A stretch of 64,000 bases of DNA from Nitrososphaerota archaeon (GTDB lineage: Archaea > Thermoproteota > EX4484-205 > JAAOZP01), in assembly GCA_011605725.1 (NCBI GenBank), contig JAAOZP010000011.1, forward strand, positions 1 through 64,000, written 5' to 3'. The notes under the pieces were generated by a model that was given only the letters and a program-made list of their open reading frames with translations, was not told the origin of the DNA and made no database searches. This document shows, piece after piece, positions 28,157 to 37,749 of this stretch (positions are counted from its first letter, which is position 1; the number at the start of each line of letters is the position of its first letter). A program made the position numbers and the translations under genes.

Positions 28157-31100
28157 TTGAGCGAAAAACATAGCGTCACTATCCTGTTTTTCCTGATCGC
28201 TCTGGGCTTCAACCTTACTACTGTTCTGGCGCAGTTAACCATCAAACCCGATACGCTTCCGAACGCCGCTGTAGGACAGTTCTACAGTGTTCAGCTCTAT
28301 ACTGAACCGAAAAGAACAGTGGACAATTGGGAAATCTCTTCAGGAAGCCTACCGCCGGGCTTAACGCTGAGCAAGCAGGACGTTTATAACGCGGTCATTT
28401 CAGGAACACCCTCCAGCGTAGGCACATACCAGTTCACCGTGAAGGCTAGGATAACAGTTCTCGGCCAGCCTCAGCCGATATATATTTATAAAGACTACAC
28501 GATTAACGTGGAAGGACTCGCCATATCTCCAGACTCCCTCCCAGAGGCGACTGAAAACTCCTCCTACGGTGCAACAATACAGGTTACGGGCGGTACTCCG
28601 CCATACAGCTGGGATGTCACGGGCTTGTCGACTGAACGCACCAACCTAACTTGGCAGGTCATAGGCTGCTGCCCCGTGGGAAGAACAGACAGGATAAGCA
28701 TATATGGGAAGCCGTTGATCGGAAGCCACGGGGAATACTCAGTTGAAGTCAGGGTAAGGGACAACAAGGGGCTTACAGCCTCGAAAACATACACTTTAAG
28801 AATAAAAGAGGTTCCGTGGACATATAGCGTCACGGTTAGACGTTTAACTGATGAGGGGGAAGAGTCAAGAGCAGTGGTGTATTTAGACGATATCGTCTTG
28901 GGACGTGCACGCGGGATTGAAAAGAGCCTGTTCGAAGTCACGGTTAGATGCACATCGGGAGTGGGGAGCAGGACTTTTAGCGTAGCTCCCTGCTTCGTAA
29001 CAGCAGAAGGAGGCACCTCTATAGATATTCCCGGGGTAACTCTATCTCCGGAGTCGCGCTTTTGCACGGGTGTTGTTAACAGCAGCAAGGATCTCGTGTG
29101 CAGAATCGTTGTTGTGATTGATATGGGATATCCTTATCTCAGCGAGGAGCGCGATTTCATGCTTAGAATCACTACAGATTGTGAGGATCCAACACCTGCA
29201 GGACCTGCAGGAAGGGATGTTAGGATTGTTACGGTTAGCTTTAAGGGGATAAGCCCGGATATAACGGTTTCGGCGATCCCGGTTCAAGTTTTAATTGATG
29301 ACTCTATACCGCTTGTAGAAGGCAAGTCTACCATCTTCAAAATCGATGTGGAAGCCAGATGCAGCAGAACGCCCAAGACCAGAGGCATGTATGTTAACGT
29401 GTCTCTCGCCCTGCCAGTACTCGAATGGGATTTGGAACTGTATGACGGTACTGATGGCACGTTCTCTTTTGTTAAAGACAAATTCGTGTACCTAACCTTT
29501 GACGGCAGCAGTCGCGCCCACGCTACCTTATATCTCCCCGAGGTACATTCTATTGTAGGTACTGGTTGGCTTACAGGCGACCCAGTGGTAGGTAGAGATT
29601 TTTCAGGTAGATATTTAACAGCCAGCTTCCCGAAATCAACGCCAAGACCGCGCTATGTTTCCGCATATCCCCGGGGCTATCCGAGAGAAGGGGGTACAGT
29701 GAGTTATATTGTCAGGGTAGAAACCATGATAGGGACAAGTGCTTTTCAATGGGTTGCAACGGTTGTGCGGACAACCACCACTAAGCCCCTAAGAATAATG
29801 TTTGCGGCTTGCGGGTACCCTTTCGCTGTGACAGAGAGTGTTGATTTCGACACCTATGTGCGCGAGTATGGTGCGAGCCATGGTATAAGGTCGTATTCGG
29901 AACTTTATGCAAGGTACCTCATACCTACTGCACGTGAGATGATCGAGTATCTTCAAGCAATTTTTCCAACATCAGAAAACGGTATACATTACCAGATTCT
30001 TATCGGTGTAGATGACATCTTTTGGCCCTGCCGCGAAAGTGACTTATGGGACCCCTCTTATTGCCGGCTCAGCGCTACCGCGTATGAACCTGATTGCGTG
30101 CGTTGTTTCCTGACGGAAATTTTATGGAATGTAGCTGATGGTTGTGAATGCGACTTATTAGTAGACCTTTTGATACCCGGGTGTTATGCCCCCATGCTAC
30201 ATGGGAGCCGTTATAACGTGGATGATCCTGGAGATGCGTTCTCTCCAGGATTCATTGCTTTTATATGTCCAAGATACTGGGGAACATGCTATGAGTGCCT
30301 CCTCCCGCGCGAGGAATATAGCTCGAAAGTTACGATAGACTTTGCAAAAAAGGCTTACCACGCATTAACAAATGGGTTCGGAATAGTATCTGCTCAAGAA
30401 GGATATTGGGTTAACAAAGGTATGCCTATTGAGCGAGAAAACTATTGGGGAGGAGGAAACTATGAGTGGATAACACCTGATGGATACAGAGCCCTGATAG
30501 ACTTTTTTGTCACGCGTAGGAGCACGGACCCAATGGCAATGCGCATAAGCGGGATTATTTATCCAAATGAAACTGGAGGATTAGAAACTGGACGATTAAA
30601 ACCTATCAAAATGCGTAACGCTACTTGGGTTGCATCTCCAGGCCTACCGGGAAACTATTCGATAGTATTGCTGGACTCGAAAGACATCGAGCTTTCGAGG
30701 TTTGGGATAAACCCCATATCCCTAGGAGGAATACATGTCTTTAGGCTCTATGTGCCTTTCAGCGAGAATATCCGTGCCGTGGAGCTCAGGGATTCTGAGA
30801 ACAGGATTCTGGATAAGATAATTGCCTCAGCCAACAAGCCTCAGGTGAAAGTCCTCACCCCTAAGCCTGGGGAAATAGTTTCAAGCCTGAAGAGTAACTT
30901 CACGATATCTTGGGAGGGCAGTGATGCTGACGGGGACAAGTTGTACTATACTGTTTTAATAAGTCCAGACGGTGGAGAAAGCTGGCAGCCCGTTAGTCCT
31001 TATTTCGATATAATCAAGAGCTCTGTCAAGCCTGACCCTCGTTTCTACAATGCTTCTGAAAACTACATAATTAAAATTATTGTTTCAGACGGCTTCCACA

Positions 31101-31483
31101 ATAGTGAAAACGTCTCCGGCGTCTTCACAATAGGCCCCTACGTTCAGCTGAAGGTTGAATCGCCATACGGAGATACTAAGGGCTCAGGCTGGTACATGGT
31201 TAACGAGACAGCTACGTTCAGCGTTGCGCCGACGCAGGTTAAGATGAGTGGTCTCCTAGGGCTCCTAGGTGGCTATTATGAGTTTGCCGGATGGTCAGGG
31301 GACTCTTCTTCAACCAGCCCATCCTCAACCATAATGATGAATAATGATAAAACTGTTGTCGCAGTGTTCAAGCCGAATTACACAATGCCCATATTATGCT
31401 TGGCGATAGTGGTGGTGATTACTCTGCTTGTCCTAACGATCATCCTGAGAAGGAGAAAGCAAAGGCTTCCTCCACCACCTTAA
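28157..31483 (+). CDS. Large cell-surface protein: signal peptide, putative Ig (He_PIG) repeats, Cys-rich central region, B-repeat-like domain, C-terminal TM + RRRK + poly-Pro
   Basis: LPNAAVGQFYS...GSLPPGLTL...ISGTP...FTV; WEGSDADGDKLYY; GSGWY...FAGWSGD. Confidence 0.8.
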   Translation: MSEKHSVTILFFLIALGFNLTTVLAQLTIKPDTLPNAAVGQFYSVQLYTEPKRTVDNWEISSGSLPPGLTLSKQDVYNAVISGTPSSVGTYQFTVKARITVLGQPQPIYIYKDYTINVEGLAISPDSLPEATENSSYGATIQVTGGTPPYSWDVTGLSTERTNLTWQVIGCCPVGRTDRISIYGKPLIGSHGEYSVEVRVRDNKGLTASKTYTLRIKEVPWTYSVTVRRLTDEGEESRAVVYLDDIVLGRARGIEKSLFEVTVRCTSGVGSRTFSVAPCFVTAEGGTSIDIPGVTLSPESRFCTGVVNSSKDLVCRIVVVIDMGYPYLSEERDFMLRITTDCEDPTPAGPAGRDVRIVTVSFKGISPDITVSAIPVQVLIDDSIPLVEGKSTIFKIDVEARCSRTPKTRGMYVNVSLALPVLEWDLELYDGTDGTFSFVKDKFVYLTFDGSSRAHATLYLPEVHSIVGTGWLTGDPVVGRDFSGRYLTASFPKSTPRPRYVSAYPRGYPREGGTVSYIVRVETMIGTSAFQWVATVVRTTTTKPLRIMFAACGYPFAVTESVDFDTYVREYGASHGIRSYSELYARYLIPTAREMIEYLQAIFPTSENGIHYQILIGVDDIFWPCRESDLWDPSYCRLSATAYEPDCVRCFLTEILWNVADGCECDLLVDLLIPGCYAPMLHGSRYNVDDPGDAFSPGFIAFICPRYWGTCYECLLPREEYSSKVTIDFAKKAYHALTNGFGIVSAQEGYWVNKGMPIERENYWGGGNYEWITPDGYRALIDFFVTRRSTDPMAMRISGIIYPNETGGLETGRLKPIKMRNATWVASPGLPGNYSIVLLDSKDIELSRFGINPISLGGIHVFRLYVPFSENIRAVELRDSENRILDKIIASANKPQVKVLTPKPGEIVSSLKSNFTISWEGSDADGDKLYYTVLISPDGGESWQPVSPYFDIIKSSVKPDPRFYNASENYIIKIIVSDGFHNSENVSGVFTIGPYVQLKVESPYGDTKGSGWYMVNETATFSVAPTQVKMSGLLGLLGGYYEFAGWSGDSSSTSPSSTIMMNNDKTVVAVFKPNYTMPILCLAIVVVITLLVLTIILRRRKQRLPPPP

Positions 31484-31564
31484 TTTTTCCTTTACAACCA
31501 GCAAGCGTAAGACTATTTACATAACTACATTTTTTAACCGAGCAAAATGTTTTTATAGCCGAGT

Positions 31565-31828
31565 ATGGTATACATGGTATCGGTTACCGTCTCAGTAAAG
31601 GTTCGCAAAGAGCTCATGGAGCTAGCCGATAAGATGGTTAAGTATGGCCTCGCGAAAAGCAGGTCGCATGCTTTCAACATAATGATTGAAAAAGGGCTCA
31701 GCAAGGTTGTCGAGGAGGTTGAATTCTGGGACTCCGCCCACGAAAAGGCTGAGGAGCTGAAGAAAACGAATTTTAAGATTAGGCATGGTCGTCTCAAAGA
31801 GCTGCTCGAGGAAGACAGGGCTAGATGA
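31565..31828 (+). CDS. RHH-type antitoxin (VapB-like)
   Basis: VTVSVKVRKEL...SRSHAFN; ATGA overlap with the PIN gene. Confidence 0.75.
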   Translation: MVYMVSVTVSVKVRKELMELADKMVKYGLAKSRSHAFNIMIEKGLSKVVEEVEFWDSAHEKAEELKKTNFKIRHGRLKELLEEDRAR

Positions 31829-32235
31829 TTTACTTAGACACGAACATCATTATCTCTTATGTTGACGAGTTGGATTCAAAGCACGGAGATGCAAAAAGCC
31901 TTCTCAGCAAGCTTGAAGGCAATAGGGCTGTAAGTAGGCTTACGCTGGCGGAATTAGCCTCGGTTTTCTCCAGAGCTGGTTTAGATAGCCCTATGGCTTT
32001 AGCTCTTTATTCAATCGAACAATCTGGGGCTAAAGTTGTAGACGTAGATTTTAGCGACATAATAATTAAAGCTCTGAAGCTGGCTGGAGAGCTTAGGCTT
32101 AGAACCCTGGATTTGTTTCACCCGGTAATCGGCGCTGAAATCCGTGCGGAAATTTTTGCAACATTTGATGAAAATATCATTAACAAGTCAGAAGACATCC
32201 ATAGATTGCTGAAGGTCAGAATTGTCGGCAAGTAG
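31825..32235 (+). CDS. vapC: PIN-domain toxin (VapC)
   Basis: IYLDTN, LTLAEL, LRTLD, FATFD. Confidence 0.85.
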   Translation: MIYLDTNIIISYVDELDSKHGDAKSLLSKLEGNRAVSRLTLAELASVFSRAGLDSPMALALYSIEQSGAKVVDVDFSDIIIKALKLAGELRLRTLDLFHPVIGAEIRAEIFATFDENIINKSEDIHRLLKVRIVGK

Positions 32236-32334
32236 CTTTTTAAACCCCTCAGGAAAAGCCAAAAGATTAGAACGATATTCGTTTTGAAGGACCCTAGAAA
32301 GCTTAAAATCCTCCAGTTAAGATAGTATTCAGAG

Positions 32335-34674
32335 TTGAGGCTGAAGCTCTGGCTTCTAGATTTAAACGTGGATCTCTTTTCTGGCAGAGATGCTGTTTTC
32401 CTCTGGGGTGTTTCAGACGCTGGAAGAAGAGTTTTACTTGTTGATGACGAGGTTGAAAACTTTTTCTTCCTAAAGCCTTCGAACAATGTTGACCCGGAAG
32501 AGGCAGTTAAGGAGACCATTCCCGAGGGTAGGCGCTACGGTGTCACCAGGATGGAGGTCTGCTCCAAAAGGGTTCTCGGAAAGCCTGTCCAGGTGGTTAA
32601 AGTATACGTGGACAGGTCTGAAAATGTTGAGAGGGCTGTTGGAAAGCTGGAGAAGCTTAAACTTTTCGAAAAAGCTTACGAAGGAGACATCAGGCTCTCG
32701 ACAAGGTATCTTCTTGAGAAGAACATCACGCCGTCCTCCTGGCTTGAAGCAGAGGTTGAAAGAGACGAGTCCCTCCCATCACTACCCAATGTTGAAACCT
32801 TCAGGGTTAAAACAGTTAAACCATTGGAGGATGAGAAGGTTCCTGAGCTCCGCGTGATGGCTGTGCATTTTCTTAAAGTGGGTGAAAAAGGGTCTCCTAA
32901 GCCAGAGCATGATCCTATCGTTGCAATATCTACCTATGACGGGAAGATGTTGAGACAGTTTAAGTACGACGTGAAAACAGACAAGCATCTTATAGAGGAT
33001 TTTCTTAATCATGTTAAAGCTTTAGATCCAGATATTATAGTAGGGTACGGTATAACTGAGGACTGGAGTTATTTGGCAGAGAGGTGCAAGAGGGTTGATG
33101 TTCCGCTAGAGGTTGGACGAAACTATGCTAAGCCCCATACAAGCGTTTTCGGGCATGTCTCGGTAACAGGGAGGATTAACATGGATCTTTTCCATAATGC
33201 GCGTGAAAATCCGCAGTTGACGGAGTATACGTTGGACGAGTATGCTCAGTCGCTGGGTTTAAGCGTTGAATACAGAATTCCTGAGCATAAATACCCTGAG
33301 TATCTTAATTCTTCAGATGTGGACAGGCTTTTCAAACAATCAGAGGAATATGCGAAACTGGTATACAGGATTTGGATGATGCTGGGCGATTTTGCGATTC
33401 AGCTTTCCCAGATAACCGGCCTGCCGATGGACCATGTTTTCACAGCCTCCCCCGGCCACAGGGCTGAGGCATACTTGATCAGAGAAGCCTATTCTCTAGG
33501 GGAATTAATTCCTCAAAGGATTGAGAAACCGTATGTTCCTTATGTGGGGGGCCTAGTTTTACAGCCTCAGGAAGGGGTTTACGAGAATGTTAGCGTTATA
33601 GATTTCTCATCCATGTACCCTAACCTCATGTTGAAATATAATATTTCACCTGACACTTATGTTCCTGAGGGCGAGGAATGCAGGGATTGCTTCGTCTCAC
33701 CCGAGTCTAAGCACAGGTTTAGGAAGGACTATAGAGGAGTGTACGCAAGCATGCTTCAGAAACTCCTGGATGCTAGGAGGAGTGTGAGGAAGAGGCTTGA
33801 AAACGTTAAGGAGGGAAGTGTTGAGCACCGGGTTCTTGATGCTAGGCAGAAAGCCCTGAAGATACTTGCGAACACGCTTTACGGCTACGCCGGCTGGGTC
33901 GGTGCACGCTGGTATCTTAGGGAGGTTGCTGAATCCGTTGCAGAGTGGGGGAGGCATACGATTAGAATGGCAATTGAGAAAGCTAGGGAAATGGGGTTGA
34001 AGATAATATACGGGGATACTGACAGCATTTTTGTCACGGATGGTGAGAAGCTGAAGAATCTGGTAGGCTGGATTGAAAGCGAGCTTGGAATGGAGGCACG
34101 GGTTGATAAGAAATATAGTAGAATACTCTTTACTGAGGCGAAGAAAAGGTATGGCGGTCTTCTGGAGGATGATGGTCTCGAAGTTGTAGGCTTAGAGGTT
34201 GTCAGGGGGGACTGGGCGGAAATAGCTAAGGAGACTCAGCTGGGTGTTCTTAAAACAATGCTTGAAACACGGGATGTTAGCAAGGCAGTATCTTACGTGA
34301 GAAACATTATAGCGGAGGCGAGAAGCGGAAGGGTTGAGATGGAGAAGATGATCATATGGAAGAGGATGACTAAGCCTCCGGAGGCTTACGAGGTCAGGGC
34401 GCCCCATGTGTTGGCTGCGCTGGAGCTTTCCAAGAGAGGCTGGAGGATAGACGTGGGCGATAAGGTTGGCTACATTGTTACAAGAGGGTCTTCGAAAATA
34501 GGTGAGAGGGCCAGGCCCTACCAGCTGGTTGAGAAGAAGGATATCGACTATGAGTACTATGTTAGGAACCAGATAGTTCCGGCAGCAATGAGAATTTTAA
34601 AAGTTTTTGGAGTGGATGAGCAGACTCTGTTGCAGGAGCCTAAAAAGGGGCTTATGGCGTTCGGAACAGGCTGA
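32335..34674 (+). CDS. polB: Family B DNA polymerase (PolB3-like) with degenerate 3'-5' exonuclease motifs
   Basis: DFSSMYP, KILANTLYGY, YGDTDS, KKRYGG, GLEVVRGDW; PIP-like C-terminus. Confidence 0.93.
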   Translation: MRLKLWLLDLNVDLFSGRDAVFLWGVSDAGRRVLLVDDEVENFFFLKPSNNVDPEEAVKETIPEGRRYGVTRMEVCSKRVLGKPVQVVKVYVDRSENVERAVGKLEKLKLFEKAYEGDIRLSTRYLLEKNITPSSWLEAEVERDESLPSLPNVETFRVKTVKPLEDEKVPELRVMAVHFLKVGEKGSPKPEHDPIVAISTYDGKMLRQFKYDVKTDKHLIEDFLNHVKALDPDIIVGYGITEDWSYLAERCKRVDVPLEVGRNYAKPHTSVFGHVSVTGRINMDLFHNARENPQLTEYTLDEYAQSLGLSVEYRIPEHKYPEYLNSSDVDRLFKQSEEYAKLVYRIWMMLGDFAIQLSQITGLPMDHVFTASPGHRAEAYLIREAYSLGELIPQRIEKPYVPYVGGLVLQPQEGVYENVSVIDFSSMYPNLMLKYNISPDTYVPEGEECRDCFVSPESKHRFRKDYRGVYASMLQKLLDARRSVRKRLENVKEGSVEHRVLDARQKALKILANTLYGYAGWVGARWYLREVAESVAEWGRHTIRMAIEKAREMGLKIIYGDTDSIFVTDGEKLKNLVGWIESELGMEARVDKKYSRILFTEAKKRYGGLLEDDGLEVVGLEVVRGDWAEIAKETQLGVLKTMLETRDVSKAVSYVRNIIAEARSGRVEMEKMIIWKRMTKPPEAYEVRAPHVLAALELSKRGWRIDVGDKVGYIVTRGSSKIGERARPYQLVEKKDIDYEYYVRNQIVPAAMRILKVFGVDEQTLLQEPKKGLMAFGTG

Positions 34675-34678
34675 AAAA

Positions 34679-35158
34679 ATGCTTGGAAGGGGGTGTTTGC
34701 TCAGGGATGCTAGGGAGACTGATTTAGAGGCAGTAATGAGGATTGAGAAGGCTTCTTTTCCAAGGTACCCGTACCCCATGAGTGTTTTCACAATTCTGTT
34801 GAAGCAATACCCAAGATATTTCTTGGTGGCTGAATGCTCTGGGAGTGTTTCAGGGTATGTTTGCGGAAGTATTGCTGGGGAAAATCTTGGAAGAGTAGTG
34901 TCCATTGCTGTAGAGCCAAGGTTGAGGAGAAAAGGTGTGGGTAGAATGCTTATGCTTGGGCTTGAATCTAGGTTTAGGGCAGACGGTGTTAAAGCTATCC
35001 GTTTAGAAGTGGGTGTTGATAACGAGTCTGCGATCCGGCTCTACGAGTCTTTAGGCTACAGGCCTATGGGATTGCGAAGAAGATATTATCCGAACGGGTG
35101 TGACGCCCTCGTGATGGTTAAGCGTTTAGAGAGGGACGTGGCTGACAACACTACCTAG
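34679..35158 (+). CDS. rimI: RimI/Ard1-like GNAT N-acetyltransferase
   Basis: IEKASF, SIAVEPRLRRKGVG, LEV..DNESAIRLYESLGY, YYPNGCDA. Confidence 0.8.
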   Translation: MLGRGCLLRDARETDLEAVMRIEKASFPRYPYPMSVFTILLKQYPRYFLVAECSGSVSGYVCGSIAGENLGRVVSIAVEPRLRRKGVGRMLMLGLESRFRADGVKAIRLEVGVDNESAIRLYESLGYRPMGLRRRYYPNGCDALVMVKRLERDVADNTT

Positions 35159-35193
35159 GTAAGGTTTATAATATTATTCTGCGGAGTTCAACT

Positions 35194-35592
35194 ATGGCAG
35201 GCAGGATTGTTAGGACATCAATCTCGCTGCCTAGGGATCTGATAAAGGAGCTGGACTACTTCGTGGATTCAATTGGTTCCGACAGGTCTAAGGTTTTCCA
35301 ACAGGCGATAAGGAATTTCTTAAGCATTCCACATAAGGAGGAAGATAGGGTTGCGGGCTTGTTGATGATAGTTTACAGTCACAGGATGCACGGGTTGGAG
35401 GAGGAGATAACGGATATTCAACACGGCTTCATAAACCTTATTGTTTCAGACATTCATATTCATCTTGATGAGGAAAAATGCATGTTAGCGATTTTCGTTA
35501 AGGGGATGTTCAAAGATGTTCAAAGCCTTATGAGGAAGATTGTTGGGAAGAGAGGAGTATTAATGATTAAGGAGTCGTTTGTTAAACTCTAG
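35194..35592 (+). CDS. nikR: Nickel-responsive regulator NikR (RHH + metal-binding domain)
   Basis: RTSISLP...RSKVFQQAIR; QH...HIHL...C ligands. Confidence 0.85.
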   Translation: MAGRIVRTSISLPRDLIKELDYFVDSIGSDRSKVFQQAIRNFLSIPHKEEDRVAGLLMIVYSHRMHGLEEEITDIQHGFINLIVSDIHIHLDEEKCMLAIFVKGMFKDVQSLMRKIVGKRGVLMIKESFVKL

Positions 35593-35600
35593 TTTTAAAC

Positions 35601-36593
35601 CTATTCTGGAAAAACCAGTATTCCCATGATGGATGAGAGGAATAAGGAGTAGAGCATCAGCAGGTAGAATCCTTCTCTCCAGCTGAGGCCTCCCCTGTGC
35701 ATGAGATACCACAGCAGTATGTTTGCGAGAATAGAAAATGTAACCAGGTCTGAGAAAACCTTGATGTTCAGCCTAACGGGGGAGAGTAAGAGTGTTATGC
35801 CCAATATGAGCGTAATGTTTGTGAAGCAGCTTCCTATGACGTCGCCAAAGGCAAGGCTAACGTGTTCCTTCAACATCGCCTGAATGTCAAGGGAGAGCTC
35901 TGGAAAACTGGTTCCCACCGCGATTATGGTGGCAGATATTACGTATGGCGACACTCCCATCAGGAGCGCTATCTTGACTGTTGAGTCGACGAGGAAGTCT
36001 GCGCTCACTACAACTCCAATTATGCCTAGGAAAGCCATGGCTGTGTAAACTATTAGACTCCTCTTTTTACTTTCTGCTTCAACAGGTTCTCCAGACTCTT
36101 CTAACTGTAATTCCCTTCTGGTGATTATCTTGTATGTTTGGTAAGCGTAGATGGATACGAGTAGCAGCCCGACGATCCGGCTTGCAGGAAGAAAGCTGAT
36201 TAAAAGAATAGGGATTATTGAGGCTGTGAAGATTCCAAGGTAAAGAGTGTCGAGTTCTTCGGGTTTAAACTTAATCACATTAAGCTTTTTCGACCTCCGT
36301 TTCAAAGTGTAGAGGATGAGTCCAAGTCCTATTATTAGGCAGATGTTTGCAATGTTAGAACCTAGAACATTGCCGATGGATACGGCTGCTTCTCCGGATG
36401 TCGCTGAGAACAAGGCTACTGCGAGCTCCGGAAGGCTGGTGGATGTCGCCACGAACGTGAAGCCTATTCGAGATTTTCCCAACCCTGTTGCTTCAGAGAG
36501 CTTCACAGCATTTTTAATTGCTATTTCGCTGCTTGCAAGCAGGGCTGCTAGAGAAATAACCATCGTTATCAATGGCTCTATAAGCTCATTCAT
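35601..36593 (-). CDS. Na+/Ca2+ antiporter (YrbG/CaCA family)
   Basis: TSLPEL...GNVLGSNIAN and GTSFPEL...GDVIGS alpha repeats. Confidence 0.9.
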   Translation of the reverse strand: MNELIEPLITMVISLAALLASSEIAIKNAVKLSEATGLGKSRIGFTFVATSTSLPELAVALFSATSGEAAVSIGNVLGSNIANICLIIGLGLILYTLKRRSKKLNVIKFKPEELDTLYLGIFTASIIPILLISFLPASRIVGLLLVSIYAYQTYKIITRRELQLEESGEPVEAESKKRSLIVYTAMAFLGIIGVVVSADFLVDSTVKIALLMGVSPYVISATIIAVGTSFPELSLDIQAMLKEHVSLAFGDVIGSCFTNITLILGITLLLSPVRLNIKVFSDLVTFSILANILLWYLMHRGGLSWREGFYLLMLYSLFLSSIMGILVFPE

Positions 36594-36653
36594 AGGGTCG
36601 ATGTTCAACACATGCCTATAAAAAGTTTTCCAGATCCCTCAATTAACTTGGCC

Positions 36654-37652
36654 CTAATCCCAGAGGATTACTACTCCGAGCGCTCTCGTCCTGTCCTTTA
36701 AGAGCTGCTTGTAGATTTCCGGAGTATTCGCATAGGGCACCCTGTGAGTCACCAGTCTGGAAACATCCAGCTCCCTGCTGCGGAGCATGTCGAAGAAGAG
36801 CTCCACGTGCCTCCTCCTGCTCCACGGATTGTTCAGGGTTTCGACAGGCGGGTGTGAAGAGTTGTGCGCACCTATTATGGTGAAGCTTGGCGCGTTGCAA
36901 TAATCATGAAGATCTATATAAGTAGGTCCTCTTGGGCTGCTTAAGACGACGAATCTCCCGAGTTTTCTTAAGCATTTAAACTCCTCGACAATCAGGTTCT
37001 GGTTTCCAGTAACCTCAAAAACAATATCCGCCATCCTCCCCTTAGTCAGCTTCTCAACCTCTGAAGCAACATCCTGCTTCAACGGGTTTATCCTAACAAT
37101 ATTCTCAGGAAGGTATTCAAGCCTATTATCAGACACGTCGACGACGATAACCGGCATTGCGCCCGCCATCTTGCAAATCCTCGCTGTCAACTGGCCAAGT
37201 ATCCCGGCGCCGTAGATCACGACGGATTCTCCGAATGAAAGCTGGCTTCTCCTAACGCCGTTCATAACGATCTCCGCTATCGTGAAGAAGGATGCTTCCT
37301 CTTCGGAGACACCTTGGGGTACGAGCATAACATCCTTCTGAGAGGCTGAAACATACATGGCATGGGGGGAGTATGAGGCTACGGTTTTTCCTATTAGGCT
37401 CCTGTCAGCATCAGGACCCGTGTCGACAACCATGCCTATGTTGTCATATCCCGGGACAAACGGGTATTTCCCGTAGCCCGCCCAATACGACTGGGGAGGG
37501 AATTCTCCGCTTAAGATAGTAAGCTCGGTTCCTATGCTGATCAGGCTCCGCTTAGTTTTTATGAGAACCTCGTCTCCCTTGATGTCAGGCACCTCCTTGT
37601 CTTCGACGATAACGCTTTTAGGCTTCTGAAACACGACTGTCGGATTCTTCAA
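36654..37652 (-). CDS. Zn-binding (MDR) alcohol dehydrogenase family protein
   Basis: SLISIGTEL, YPFVPGY, GAGILG; start TTG 37652 after GGTGA. Confidence 0.85.
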   Translation of the reverse strand: MKNPTVVFQKPKSVIVEDKEVPDIKGDEVLIKTKRSLISIGTELTILSGEFPPQSYWAGYGKYPFVPGYDNIGMVVDTGPDADRSLIGKTVASYSPHAMYVSASQKDVMLVPQGVSEEEASFFTIAEIVMNGVRRSQLSFGESVVIYGAGILGQLTARICKMAGAMPVIVVDVSDNRLEYLPENIVRINPLKQDVASEVEKLTKGRMADIVFEVTGNQNLIVEEFKCLRKLGRFVVLSSPRGPTYIDLHDYCNAPSFTIIGAHNSSHPPVETLNNPWSRRRHVELFFDMLRSRELDVSRLVTHRVPYANTPEIYKQLLKDRTRALGVVILWD

Positions 37653-37749
37653 CCCTGTTTCACCACTCTTCTCTTGCAGATATCTTTTTCGCTCTACTTT
37701 GCGAAAAATACGGTGAAACCTTATAAACCTGTTATAGTGTCGCTTCCCC

